A stretch of DNA of 18,566 nucleotides from a virus. Taxonomy: Duplodnaviria; Heunggongvirae; Uroviricota; Caudoviricetes. The notes under the pieces were generated by a model. The model saw nothing but the letters and a program-made list of their open reading frames with translations, had not been told where the DNA came from and made no database searches. The stretch lies in the IMG/VR virus record IMGVR_UViG_3300049811_000196, positions 64,001-82,566 of that record; one strand, written 5' to 3'. This document shows positions 1-8,705 of this stretch, one piece after another (within the stretch, counting starts at the first letter, position 1; each line of letters opens with the position of its first letter). The position numbers and the translations under genes are program-made.

Positions 1-447
1 TAGTGACCCAGTTTTATTATCTACATCATATGTCTCCCAATTACATAATGGACATTTAAGACTATCCTCAGTTTTTTTATCTATTAAATCATAATATTGA
101 AAATGCCAATACTCACCTTTTGTTTTAAGATACATTGATCGTTTAAACTTTGTTGGTATTTCAATTTCAGGATAACATTCTTGGATATGGGATATCGGTC
201 TACCACTTTTATTCTCAACGTCATTCATCTCTTTTCCACATTTTTTGCATGATAATATTTTACCTTCAATCGGTATTTTTAATTCAACAAATTCCACATA
301 CTTTATTTGATTTCCCTTTTTTCTTATAGGTATATTATTATCCTCAAGTATTTTTTTTAACTTGAGTTTACCCATTTTGTATTTGGCAGCAACTTCTTCT
401 AAAGAAAGGTCTCCTTTTAGGTAATCTTGTATTATATTTATCTCCAT
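1..447 (-). CDS. Partial ORF (runs off the left edge): N-terminal HTH-like segment plus repeated CxxC zinc-finger-like modules; probable homing-endonuclease-type protein
   Basis: Not in the ORF track; translated by hand from ATG at 447, open to position 1 (149 codons): MEINIIQDYLKGDLSLEEVAAKYKMGKLKLKKILEDNNIPIR...SCKKCGKEMNDVENKSGRPISHIQECYP...KCPLCNWETYDVDNKTGSL. No nuclease domain is visible inside the window. Confidence 0.8.
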   Translation of the reverse strand, partial: MEINIIQDYLKGDLSLEEVAAKYKMGKLKLKKILEDNNIPIRKKGNQIKYVEFVELKIPIEGKILSCKKCGKEMNDVENKSGRPISHIQECYPEIEIPTKFKRSMYLKTKGEYWHFQYYDLIDKKTEDSLKCPLCNWETYDVDNKTGSL

Positions 448-457
448 GTTTAAATAA

Positions 458-465
458 TAAATATT
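458..465 (-). promoter_or_regulatory. ATATTTAT motif (candidate phage late promoter) 9 nt upstream of ATG 447
   Basis: Minus strand reads CTTAAA-ATATTTAT-TATTTAAAC-ATG. Confidence 0.45.
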
Positions 466-523
466 TTAAGGGGTAAAACCAAATGGGTTAGAGAAAATAT
501 TTTTATGATATTCAAAATATTTG

Positions 524-531
524 TATATTTG
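524..531 (+). promoter_or_regulatory. TAnnTTTG element (Bacteroidota-type -7 promoter box) upstream of ORF 547
   Basis: TATATTTG at 524-531, 15 nt before ATG 547; no clear -33 TTTG partner. Confidence 0.35.
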
Positions 532-546
532 TAAAAAGATTATATA

Positions 547-909
547 ATGAAAAAGAAAAGGATGATTTTACCTACGGAACAAAAAGAACCGATAGTGTAT
601 GAAAATCTTCGTATAGATATTTTAGAGAAATTAATCGATGAACGCAATATCGATTATAAAAAAAGTAGGAAGGATGCTGATACGAAAAAAACGATTATTG
701 ATTTATTGAAAATAGATGATGAGGGGAAATATATTAGAGAAACCACATATGAAAAATCTGAAGGTGGGTATGTTGTAGGTATTGATTTAAACAATCATAA
801 ACATCTTGTTGAGATTGGGAAATTAGTTGAAAAAAAAGAAGCTCATAATCTTTGTAGATACACATCAAATATGTTATATTATTGGAGTAAACAAAAACTC
901 CTTATTTGA
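547..909 (+). CDS. Hypothetical protein; N-terminal half resembles a HeH/SAP/Rho-N-type helical nucleic-acid-binding module
   Basis: 120 aa ORF; YENLRIDILEKLIDERNIDYKK...TKKTIIDLLK has the helix-extension-helix hydrophobic spacing; 6 nt from the next gene. Confidence 0.6.
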   Translation: MKKKRMILPTEQKEPIVYENLRIDILEKLIDERNIDYKKSRKDADTKKTIIDLLKIDDEGKYIRETTYEKSEGGYVVGIDLNNHKHLVEIGKLVEKKEAHNLCRYTSNMLYYWSKQKLLI

Positions 910-915
910 CGGACG

Positions 916-1356
916 ATGAATTGGGTTGATTATTTTTTAAACATTGCAGAGCAGGTAAAATTAAAATCAAAGGACAAATCAACCAAGATAGGGTCAGTTG
1001 TTGTTGGTAAAGACAATGAGATACTCTCTACGGGTTATAATTCATTTCCAAGGGGATTAGATGATAATTTAACAGAACGTCAGGAAAGACCCGAAAAGTA
1101 CTTCTGGATGGAACATTCGGAAAGGAATTGCATCTATAATGCGGCAAGGATTGGGGTCTCTTTAAAGGGTTCAACCATGTATGTCACATCGGGAATTCCG
1201 TGTGTTGATTGTGCCAGAGCGATAATAAATTCTGGAATAAAAAAGGTCTATTGTAAAAGAGAATGTACCACAAAGAATAAAGAAAAGTGGGAAGAACAAC
1301 AATCACGAAGCATTATTATGTTTAAAGAGTGTGGTGTTGAGTTGATGTTCTACTAA
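916..1356 (+). CDS. cd: dCMP deaminase (deoxycytidylate deaminase family)
   Basis: Zn-binding motifs HSE (HAE-type) and PCVDC (PCxxC); STGYNSFPRG and SKDKSTKIGSVVV match the family N-terminus. Confidence 0.93.
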   Translation: MNWVDYFLNIAEQVKLKSKDKSTKIGSVVVGKDNEILSTGYNSFPRGLDDNLTERQERPEKYFWMEHSERNCIYNAARIGVSLKGSTMYVTSGIPCVDCARAIINSGIKKVYCKRECTTKNKEKWEEQQSRSIIMFKECGVELMFY

Positions 1357-1848
1357 TCACCAAGCCTTGCAGCTCCAATAGCGCGGACGGTACTTTGGAC
1401 CAGGATTATCACATTTATGTCTTGCTCTAAATGATTTTCTTCTTTCGGGATCGTTTTTTTTAATCTTCATATTAGGATCTCCGAAATTAACTTTAACTAC
1501 ATTTCCTTTGTCATTTTTAACGTATACGGATCTTTTTTTAGGTCCGTCTGGTGTTAAAAAAGGTTTGTTTAATTGAACTTTACGTCCTTTATATTCGGCC
1601 TCATTTAAGTTATCATCTGCGATGAAATTAGTTTCTTCAACCGAACCATATTCATCTTCTTCAATAGTTTTCTTTTTAGGGACACAGTTAGGTACTTCTT
1701 TACCATTCTTCATCTTTTTACCGACCATTTCATACCCTTTCCAACAGGGGTTCTTGTCTTTATTTTCTATAAGTTTTTTTAACTGTGATTCGGTAATTAC
1801 AATTTTTTTAACAGATGCGGTTTCTTTTAAAATGTTAGAAAGTTTCAT
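1357..1848 (-). CDS. Modular phage protein (probable head-associated): ITESQLKKLIE leader, CWKGY...VPNCVP module, C-terminal FRARHKC...RYWSCKAW module
   Basis: 163 aa ORF; short Cys/Trp modules of a kind I recognise from uncharacterised phage proteins; function unknown. Confidence 0.75.
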   Translation of the reverse strand: MKLSNILKETASVKKIVITESQLKKLIENKDKNPCWKGYEMVGKKMKNGKEVPNCVPKKKTIEEDEYGSVEETNFIADDNLNEAEYKGRKVQLNKPFLTPDGPKKRSVYVKNDKGNVVKVNFGDPNMKIKKNDPERRKSFRARHKCDNPGPKYRPRYWSCKAW

Positions 1849-1852
1849 ATTG

Positions 1853-1860
1853 ATAAATAT
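1853..1860 (-). promoter_or_regulatory. ATATTTAT motif 4 nt upstream of ATG 1848
   Basis: Minus strand: TAA-ATATTTAT-CAAT-ATG; it fills the 12-nt intergenic gap. Confidence 0.55.
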
Positions 1861-3234
1861 TTATCTTTCTGAAACAATTTCATATTTTATGATATTATCA
1901 TAGAATACTTCTTCATTATATAATTTAGCCTTTATTTCGATAAAATATTCTCTTGGTATATAAATCGAGGTGTCTAAAACAAACGAGTTTTCATTGGTTT
2001 TATCCAATTTTGTCCAATCGTGAACATTGACTTCGGTTTTACCTTCTCGTATGAATATTCTATAATAGACATCATCAAATAGTTCATTACCTTGTCTCTC
2101 TAAAGACCTGAAATAAACGGTAATTTTTCTTAATTCTCCTCTTTTTATTTTTTCATTTTGTTTGATCCCAAAAAATTGAATTTTGTATCTTTTTGCTTCT
2201 GTTGAATTAGTACCAATACTATAATATTCACTATACGGTTTTGGTATAAACTGTTGTGTTACATTACTTATACTAACCCCATCTATATTTAGATTCTTCC
2301 ATACATCCTTAAAGAACTTTTTACCGTCACATGTTATTCCATCTATGTTAAAAGTTACCTTATAAACACCCTTTCTGATTTTGGTTGTTTGTAGGTCAAG
2401 TAATCCTCCTATTTGGGTGTTTGTTGCATCATAGATATCTACGGTAGGATTATTATCGAGGTCGTAAAAATTACCTCCTTTTGTGACATATAAATAAAGA
2501 TTTTGGTTTATTTTTTCTACGAACTCATATCTGTTATCTTCTATGGTATCTTCAAAATAAGATTCAATAAAAGGTTCATAAAATGTTTGTGTGTATTTTG
2601 TAAAAAACGCCACGGATTGGTCTATATCTGGTATAAGATCTTGGTATGATACCGAAAACGCCAACCCTAAACCATAATTCGTTTCTCCAGATAAAATAAT
2701 ACTATTTACATAATTTGTGACATCAACATCTATGTTTTCGTCTCCATTGTCAAAATGGATAGTTTGGATTATGTCAGGATTTGTTGAGTAAATACCTGGT
2801 ATTGTCCAAGTATTTAGGGTTGTTCTATTAAACCAGTTGGATGGTCTTTCATCGAATGTTTTATTTCCTGCGGTAAAATCATATTCGGAGTCTTGGTAAT
2901 CAAAACCGACACCTTCATCCCAAAATTCGTCTAATTTAAATAAAATTAAATCAAATGATGTTGACCTTTCTCTTCCCGTTCCTCTTTTTGCACCCAAGAA
3001 TGTTTCATCACCAAAAATAGTATTGGTTAATTTTAATTTATGAGTGGTTCCGGAAGTAATAACATAATCTCCGTTATCGATTTTAGATTTTATATCTGTT
3101 AAATCGACTTTAAAGATAAATTTTGAAAACCCAGATCCATAGAAGATTTCTGTTGTGGGATTTTTTGCAGTATTTACTTGTGAATCTTTTAATATGGTGT
3201 TATTCTTTTCAAAATATGAACGGAAATATGACAT
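1861..3234 (-). CDS. Hypothetical protein, probable virion structural (beta-rich; DNRLRE/carbohydrate-binding-like N-half, Ig-like C-half)
   Basis: 457 aa ORF rich in aromatic and beta-strand residues; FDLILFKLDEFWDEGVG...NW...W pattern; lies next to a baseplate-like gene. The fold assignment is tentative. Confidence 0.6.
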   Translation of the reverse strand: MSYFRSYFEKNNTILKDSQVNTAKNPTTEIFYGSGFSKFIFKVDLTDIKSKIDNGDYVITSGTTHKLKLTNTIFGDETFLGAKRGTGRERSTSFDLILFKLDEFWDEGVGFDYQDSEYDFTAGNKTFDERPSNWFNRTTLNTWTIPGIYSTNPDIIQTIHFDNGDENIDVDVTNYVNSIILSGETNYGLGLAFSVSYQDLIPDIDQSVAFFTKYTQTFYEPFIESYFEDTIEDNRYEFVEKINQNLYLYVTKGGNFYDLDNNPTVDIYDATNTQIGGLLDLQTTKIRKGVYKVTFNIDGITCDGKKFFKDVWKNLNIDGVSISNVTQQFIPKPYSEYYSIGTNSTEAKRYKIQFFGIKQNEKIKRGELRKITVYFRSLERQGNELFDDVYYRIFIREGKTEVNVHDWTKLDKTNENSFVLDTSIYIPREYFIEIKAKLYNEEVFYDNIIKYEIVSER

Positions 3235-3244
3235 TTTTTTATTT

Positions 3245-3252
3245 ATAAATAT
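3245..3252 (-). promoter_or_regulatory. ATATTTAT motif 10 nt upstream of ATG 3234, overlapping a 12-bp palindrome TATTTATAAATA (3240-3251)
   Basis: Minus strand: GG-ATATTTAT-AAATAAAAAA-ATG; it also contains TATAAATA, the T4 late consensus. Confidence 0.55.
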
Positions 3253-3258
3253 CCAAAA

Positions 3259-4746
3259 TCAGTTAATTTTAATGGATTTATTTAATATGTCATTTTCCAA
3301 ATTCTTTAATAACTCATCCAAAATTTTGTAATTATTATCTGATTTAACCAAAGGTCCAACAATATTATGTTGATGACTGATTAACAAATTTACAATCGCT
3401 CTTAATATCTTTATCAAATTTTCCCCTCTAACGGCAGAAAACGTATTTGGTTCTAATTTTAGAACATAATCTTCTTGAGTGAGTTCATATTTATCCAAAT
3501 CGGTAAAATCTATTGTCGGTGTGGTTTCGTTGGTATCGGTAGAAATCATAAAAATTCTGTCAGACATTATGGATCCAAATGTTTGTTCTTCAGAATTTCT
3601 ATCAATGGTTAAGTTTTTTTCAATTATTTCTTGATTAAATTCTTTTGGATTTACAGAGGTTGCTGACCAAAATAATCCACTTGATGGTCCTACAGTAGAT
3701 ATCTTAATCTTATTTAAGATTTCTTTCTTTATTGCCAATTGATCTTCTGTTCCCGTTAGAGATTTAAAAATTTCTGAAGGTCTGAAGAAAAATGGGTGTA
3801 AATCTTCTTTTGTGTATAAAGAATTTAATTCATTCAAGTTTTTGTCATGTAACGTGAAAATTTTGTCCCTTACTTCATTAGTAACCTGATATATTGATGT
3901 TATTGGAAATGTAAACGTTGGGGATTGATCATTGTTTTCATTTATTAACTTCACCGCAGATATAGGTAATGGTGAATTTTCATTAAAAAAATTTGTTTTA
4001 AATGTTTGTCCCAATGATGAAATCACTTTATAGACATAAAAACGGATTTCCGTTGGATTTGATAGTGAATTTATTTCATATTCGACAATATATTTTAAAT
4101 CCCTACTCTCAGTTCTGGTTTTATTTTTTTTTACGTACTCAACACTTGCTTTATTTGTAAATTTTTTAAGATGTAATTTAGCAACTTTATTTGATCCTAT
4201 TGGGTACGAAACTAATTTTTTCTTTTTACTTAGGTTATTGGTGTCTTTTGTTATTAATTTTCCTCCTCTAAGTATGACACCATTATCGGTAAAAATTGCG
4301 TCAGACCCATATTTACCATAAACCCCATAATCACTTTCTTTTGCGAATATATTTTCGGATTTATCTATGTAAGTACCGGTTTTATTTCTAATATCTGGTT
4401 TGTGTTTTACCGCAACTCCGTATGTTGTGTTTTCAATTTGTTGAGAAAATGTTTGAGAATTAAAATCATACATTGTTGTGAAAGGACCGGCAATATATTC
4501 TTGATTAACAGTTTCTTTATCGGTTGAGTAATTGATTATTTTTACAGATTGACCCTCATTTGGGATGAAATTAATGTTGGTTGGTAGAAATGGATGCGCA
4601 ACAAATGGATCTCTATCACTCCATTCTTCATAATCAATAGACTTTTCTTTTTCCCCAACATAATCGTTGTATCTGATGCATCTAATTCTTCCAATTCCTT
4701 TTGGATCTATATTATTTACACAGATACCGATATCAATTATTTTCAT
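3259..4746 (-). CDS. Putative baseplate hub/spike protein with gp5/VgrG-like N-terminal OB-fold
   Basis: N-terminus IGICVNNIDPKGIGRIRC...FIPNEGQSVKII matches the G-x-V-x-(D/N)-x-x-D-P-x3-GR and P-x2-G-x2-V pattern of gp5-N/Vgr OB-folds; the remainder is unassigned. Confidence 0.6.
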   Translation of the reverse strand: MKIIDIGICVNNIDPKGIGRIRCIRYNDYVGEKEKSIDYEEWSDRDPFVAHPFLPTNINFIPNEGQSVKIINYSTDKETVNQEYIAGPFTTMYDFNSQTFSQQIENTTYGVAVKHKPDIRNKTGTYIDKSENIFAKESDYGVYGKYGSDAIFTDNGVILRGGKLITKDTNNLSKKKKLVSYPIGSNKVAKLHLKKFTNKASVEYVKKNKTRTESRDLKYIVEYEINSLSNPTEIRFYVYKVISSLGQTFKTNFFNENSPLPISAVKLINENNDQSPTFTFPITSIYQVTNEVRDKIFTLHDKNLNELNSLYTKEDLHPFFFRPSEIFKSLTGTEDQLAIKKEILNKIKISTVGPSSGLFWSATSVNPKEFNQEIIEKNLTIDRNSEEQTFGSIMSDRIFMISTDTNETTPTIDFTDLDKYELTQEDYVLKLEPNTFSAVRGENLIKILRAIVNLLISHQHNIVGPLVKSDNNYKILDELLKNLENDILNKSIKIN

Positions 4747-4949
4747 ACAAGTGGTTTATTTCTTTTACCTAATTCTTTATTCACTTTATTATATAAATCT
4801 TCAACATAATCCATATGTCTTGTAAGATTAATAATCAATTCTTTTGTTTTTTCAAACTCTTCACTTAATTCAGACAATACTTTCATTAAATCTGAATTAG
4901 ATTTATTTTCTACGTCATTAACTATTTCAAGTAATTTTTCTTTATTCAT
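4743..4949 (-). CDS. Small coiled-coil hypothetical protein
   Basis: 68 aa with heptad pattern; ATGA overlap with the downstream gene. Confidence 0.75.
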   Translation of the reverse strand: MNKEKLLEIVNDVENKSNSDLMKVLSELSEEFEKTKELIINLTRHMDYVEDLYNKVNKELGKRNKPLV

Positions 4950-4951
4950 TC

Positions 4952-6832
4952 CTAAAAGAATTTCCCCGATGAATTTAATGTTCCGGGTGGGATTACAATA
5001 GCGCCGGTTTGTGACGGTATTATAAATTGTTTATTTGATGTTTTAATATATGCATTTTGATCGATTTCCTCCACTAATCCGTTTATAATCGATTTAATAA
5101 TCTTAGGTAAATTATTTTCTTCCTCAAAAACCGGACCCAATGATATTCCTTCCGATTCTATCCTATTAAAAATATTCAATAACGCTCTTTCGTTACTAAA
5201 CCCAGATTGGGAATCTGAGAATGCCAATAAAAGACCCGGTACAGAAAAACTACCTTTTGTTGAAAGAGCGCTGTCAATCGAATTTATGATGGTATTAAAT
5301 AGGTTATTGCAATTATCAATATCGTTAAACTTTATTTTAAGTTTTAACAAAGTCATCGATTTAATTATTGTAACATATCTCTTATATTTCGTTTTGATTA
5401 TTTGCGAAACAAATGTTTTTATGAAGTTATACAAATCCACCTTTACTCTTTTCCAAAATTCTCTAATAAATGTCCAATATATCTCTTTTATTATATTATA
5501 ATACATTTTTGAAAATCTCTTCATTAAATCCTTACTGTCTTCAATAACGTCATTGTTAATAGATTTATAGATTATAACAATAGGTAAAAAAATTTTTGGG
5601 GATAATACTGACGCAATTAATGCTTTCGGTAAATTAAGTATGAATGTGTTTATTAATGAAATGTTGAAATTTGATTGGGGAATATTTCCGTCCGTGTTTT
5701 CATAAACATCAGAAGATAATTTATTTAATGTTGTTGATATTAATTCATTAATTGGTTTTTTATCACTTAAATAAACAAAATCTTCAAATATGGTTGTATT
5801 AATTGGTGCTTCAAAATTATTACAATCAGTAAATCTCATCACTTTTTTATATCTTGCTTCTTCAAGATCCAAATCAATCCCTTCAACATCATTAAAATCG
5901 AAATAGTATTCCACCGTTTCTTCATTTTCATTAAATAAATCTAACGGATTTTGATTTTTTAATTTGGTTTTATCGACATCGGATCCACAAATAGCAAATA
6001 ATTTTTTTAAAAGTCTATCTAAATCATTTAAACTTTTATTAAATTGAGGATTGTCACTCCCGTCACCCTGTATAGTAAACAACATCGCATTTTTAATTAT
6101 CTCCTCAAAATTGGGAAATTCGACAGATGCAAAATAGTCTGTTAAAAAAGTTTCTGTTGTGATTTCTGAATTAAATTGGGTTAATCCGTTAATGAAAAAT
6201 TCTTGATTTGATGTGCTCCAAGATGCCGTAAATAAATCATCTCTCCCATTTGTGGTGAAAGTGTAATCACTGGACGTAAATGTGTTATATAATCTTCGAT
6301 TGACTTTTTGTTTACCAATATCTGGTGTTTCCGGTTCGTATATTATTTTACCAACGTTGGTTTCGGGATCTATGGTTAATATATTTAAGAAATCGATTTC
6401 CTTTGGTTTTATTCTTACTTCATCTACTTTAATTACTGTATTGGCACCACAAATACCATCACCAGAAAACAATGAAGATTTTATGTTTTTTTCGATGATT
6501 TCTCTACTCGATTCTAGCGTAACTTTTAGAGCCTCTATTGCATTTAACGTTACCTTATCTTTAATTAAAAGATTATTTGAATTTACCAATCCCTTACTGG
6601 AGTCTGTGAAAGTTGAAATGATCTCTAATAATTCCGAAAATATATCTTTACGATTTTCAATTTTCTTTTTTCTATTATCTAGAAATTCATCAAGTTTTTT
6701 TCCGAAAAGTTGATCTGATGATGGGAGGTCTTTTAAATATTTTTCATAAACAGAATCAACGATACTTGATTTGTCATTTAATGAATTTTTTATTGCATTA
6801 AGTTTGAATTTAATTTCATCTATTTTTCTCAT
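4952..6832 (-). CDS. Large hypothetical protein (possible virion component)
   Basis: 626 aa ORF, TAATG-coupled to the upstream gene; no recognisable catalytic motif. Confidence 0.8.
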   Translation of the reverse strand: MRKIDEIKFKLNAIKNSLNDKSSIVDSVYEKYLKDLPSSDQLFGKKLDEFLDNRKKKIENRKDIFSELLEIISTFTDSSKGLVNSNNLLIKDKVTLNAIEALKVTLESSREIIEKNIKSSLFSGDGICGANTVIKVDEVRIKPKEIDFLNILTIDPETNVGKIIYEPETPDIGKQKVNRRLYNTFTSSDYTFTTNGRDDLFTASWSTSNQEFFINGLTQFNSEITTETFLTDYFASVEFPNFEEIIKNAMLFTIQGDGSDNPQFNKSLNDLDRLLKKLFAICGSDVDKTKLKNQNPLDLFNENEETVEYYFDFNDVEGIDLDLEEARYKKVMRFTDCNNFEAPINTTIFEDFVYLSDKKPINELISTTLNKLSSDVYENTDGNIPQSNFNISLINTFILNLPKALIASVLSPKIFLPIVIIYKSINNDVIEDSKDLMKRFSKMYYNIIKEIYWTFIREFWKRVKVDLYNFIKTFVSQIIKTKYKRYVTIIKSMTLLKLKIKFNDIDNCNNLFNTIINSIDSALSTKGSFSVPGLLLAFSDSQSGFSNERALLNIFNRIESEGISLGPVFEEENNLPKIIKSIINGLVEEIDQNAYIKTSNKQFIIPSQTGAIVIPPGTLNSSGKFF

Positions 6833-7203
6833 TAAATTTTATAATTTTCAGACCTGTCTTGATCGTTGTCATCGTCGCTGATTAATTTTTCCAACAATTT
6901 ACGATCCTCATCGTTTAATGTTAGTTTTCCTCCACCGGAACCCTTTAATGAAGAATCCAGTTGTTTTATAAATATATTTTGTAATTTAACTAACGAAATC
7001 TTTTTTTCTGTACACTCATTAAGTATTTTTTGCTGCTCTTTAATTACCGGACCTATGGTACTCATGTCTTCCGAATCTTTCATGAAAGAAAGCATTTTTT
7101 TCATAATTAAAGATGCATAATTTTTCTGTTCCGTAATATCATTATAAATCTCCTGCATTAACGCAGCGGCAGAATCGGTATCTAATAATACGTTATTTTT
7201 CAT
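6832..7203 (-). CDS. Hypothetical helical protein
   Basis: 123 aa; two long helices, a GSGGG linker and a short C-terminal helix. Confidence 0.8.
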   Translation of the reverse strand: MKNNVLLDTDSAAALMQEIYNDITEQKNYASLIMKKMLSFMKDSEDMSTIGPVIKEQQKILNECTEKKISLVKLQNIFIKQLDSSLKGSGGGKLTLNDEDRKLLEKLISDDDNDQDRSENYKI

Positions 7204-7207
7204 ATAT

Positions 7208-7215
7208 ATAAATAG
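7208..7215 (-). promoter_or_regulatory. CTATTTAT variant of the motif, 4 nt upstream of ATG 7203
   Basis: Minus strand: TAA-CT-CTATTTAT-ATAT-ATG, in the 14-nt gap after the sigma factor stop. Confidence 0.45.
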
Positions 7216-7217
7216 AG

Positions 7218-7916
7218 TTAGTCTAAAAATTCTCCCAATATATTGGAGTAAAGTTTTTTAAACTTTTTCATCGATGTTCTTATTTCTTTTGTTGATAAAG
7301 ATGTCATTTCTCGTAATGACAAAAGAATTAGGTTTTTGTTAAACTTATTCCCCTCACCAATTTGAAATATTTTGTCAAAATTGTTAAAAATCTCAAGTAA
7401 CCCATACCCCAATTTTTGTTCGTTTATGGATAAATCTTCGGTTTCCATGAATTCTTCTAATGATACAATTAGTTTGATTATAACATCACCATAATCTATC
7501 GCATATTCATCTATGGTATAGGATAGATGAACATCTTCTTCAAGATTTGTTGAAATATCTTCATACGATACATTTCTATTTTTTTCTTTAGTGTCTTTTT
7601 GTATTGCACCCATTAAGTAGTTCTTACAAATAGTACCAAAATAGGAATATGCCTTATGGTTTTTTGTATGATCGAACTTATTAATCTTTGTAATTAAAAA
7701 AGACATGGTATCCGTATGGATATCTTGAAATTCAAAATCTTTTCTATATAATTTATAACGTCGAATTATGCTTTCGACCATTATAATCAGGGGTTCTCTT
7801 AAATATTCATCGAATATCTTATTCTTTTCTACTTCGGAATCAGATTTTAAATATCTTATTACCGCTTCTTCTTGAGCATCCCCAAAATACATTTTTTGGG
7901 TTCTCTTTCTTGGCAT
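7218..7916 (-). CDS. Phage RNA polymerase sigma factor (sigma70 family, T4 gp55-like)
   Basis: Region-2-like segment: EEAVIRYL...KNKIFDEYLREPLIIMVESIIRRY...DIHTDTMSFLITKINKFDHTKNHKAYSYFGTICKNYL (FD-x5-AYSYF motif); no clear region-4 HTH. Confidence 0.75.
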   Translation of the reverse strand: MPRKRTQKMYFGDAQEEAVIRYLKSDSEVEKNKIFDEYLREPLIIMVESIIRRYKLYRKDFEFQDIHTDTMSFLITKINKFDHTKNHKAYSYFGTICKNYLMGAIQKDTKEKNRNVSYEDISTNLEEDVHLSYTIDEYAIDYGDVIIKLIVSLEEFMETEDLSINEQKLGYGLLEIFNNFDKIFQIGEGNKFNKNLILLSLREMTSLSTKEIRTSMKKFKKLYSNILGEFLD

Positions 7917-8705
7917 TTAAGATTCTGTATAATTTATATCTCGTTTATTTTTGAAAAAAAATTCTTTTTTTGCCGAATCAATCCAAAATTTTACTTCATT
8001 TTCATCCATTTTTTCTTTTCCTTCATCATTTTTATACAACCAAAACAATGAATCTTCTCTAAAATTAACGTGTTGATATCCAATTCTTGGAACTGTCATA
8101 ATTTTAACGTGGTTATGTGTCAACCTAAGTAAAAACTCATACCCAAATGATAGTTTTATGTTTTCTTTCAACATTCCATTTTCTTTTATGATATCAGTTT
8201 TATACAATCCACCCGATATTTGATAATTTTGGAAATCTAACAACACTTCGTTATCTAAATAACCTTGTTTTTCGGTAAACCCATACGCCCACGTAGATTC
8301 ATTCGTGAAACTTTGGAACTTACCTTCCGTATTGATGTCTTTAACTATGGGTAGAAATACAGAAACGTCAGTAAATGTTTTCATGTATTCATTCATTGAT
8401 TTTAACCATATAGGTCTATATTCGTCATCAATTTCTAAAATTGAAAACCACTCAGTTTCACATACCTTTATTCCTTCATTTACTTGTGAACAAAAATCTG
8501 TTAACCCCGTGTGGGTTTTAAATTTAATTTCTAATTTTTGGCTTAAATTTATCTCCTGTATTTCTTTTTTTAATTTATTTGTTGTTACAATTAATAATAT
8601 CACATCATTATGAAAAGGTTCTACTGAAGAAACCGCATTATCTAACATTTTAATGTAATCATCATTTAATTTATGGATCGGTAAAATTATGGTAATGTTT
8701 TTCAT
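7917..8705 (-). CDS. Glycosyltransferase, GT-A fold (GT2-like)
   Basis: ITIILPIH N-terminal strand, QVNEGIKVCETEWFSILEIDDEY (N-x-G...ExDD form of the DxD motif), SGGLYK, GYEFLLRL. Confidence 0.8.
   Translation of the reverse strand: MKNITIILPIHKLNDDYIKMLDNAVSSVEPFHNDVILLIVTTNKLKKEIQEINLSQKLEIKFKTHTGLTDFCSQVNEGIKVCETEWFSILEIDDEYRPIWLKSMNEYMKTFTDVSVFLPIVKDINTEGKFQSFTNESTWAYGFTEKQGYLDNEVLLDFQNYQISGGLYKTDIIKENGMLKENIKLSFGYEFLLRLTHNHVKIMTVPRIGYQHVNFREDSLFWLYKNDEGKEKMDENEVKFWIDSAKKEFFFKNKRDINYTES

Noticed and set aside
1361-1404. GC-rich, A-poor patch (about 26/44 G+C) at the 3' end of the 163-aa gene; considered as a DGR variable repeat or a terminator
   Set aside because: No template repeat or reverse transcriptase in the window; the protein is not lectin-like; Arg/Pro/Trp/Cys/Ala content explains much of it; similar GC-rich codons occur in dut (12614-12630); only a weak bulged hairpin with no U-tract.
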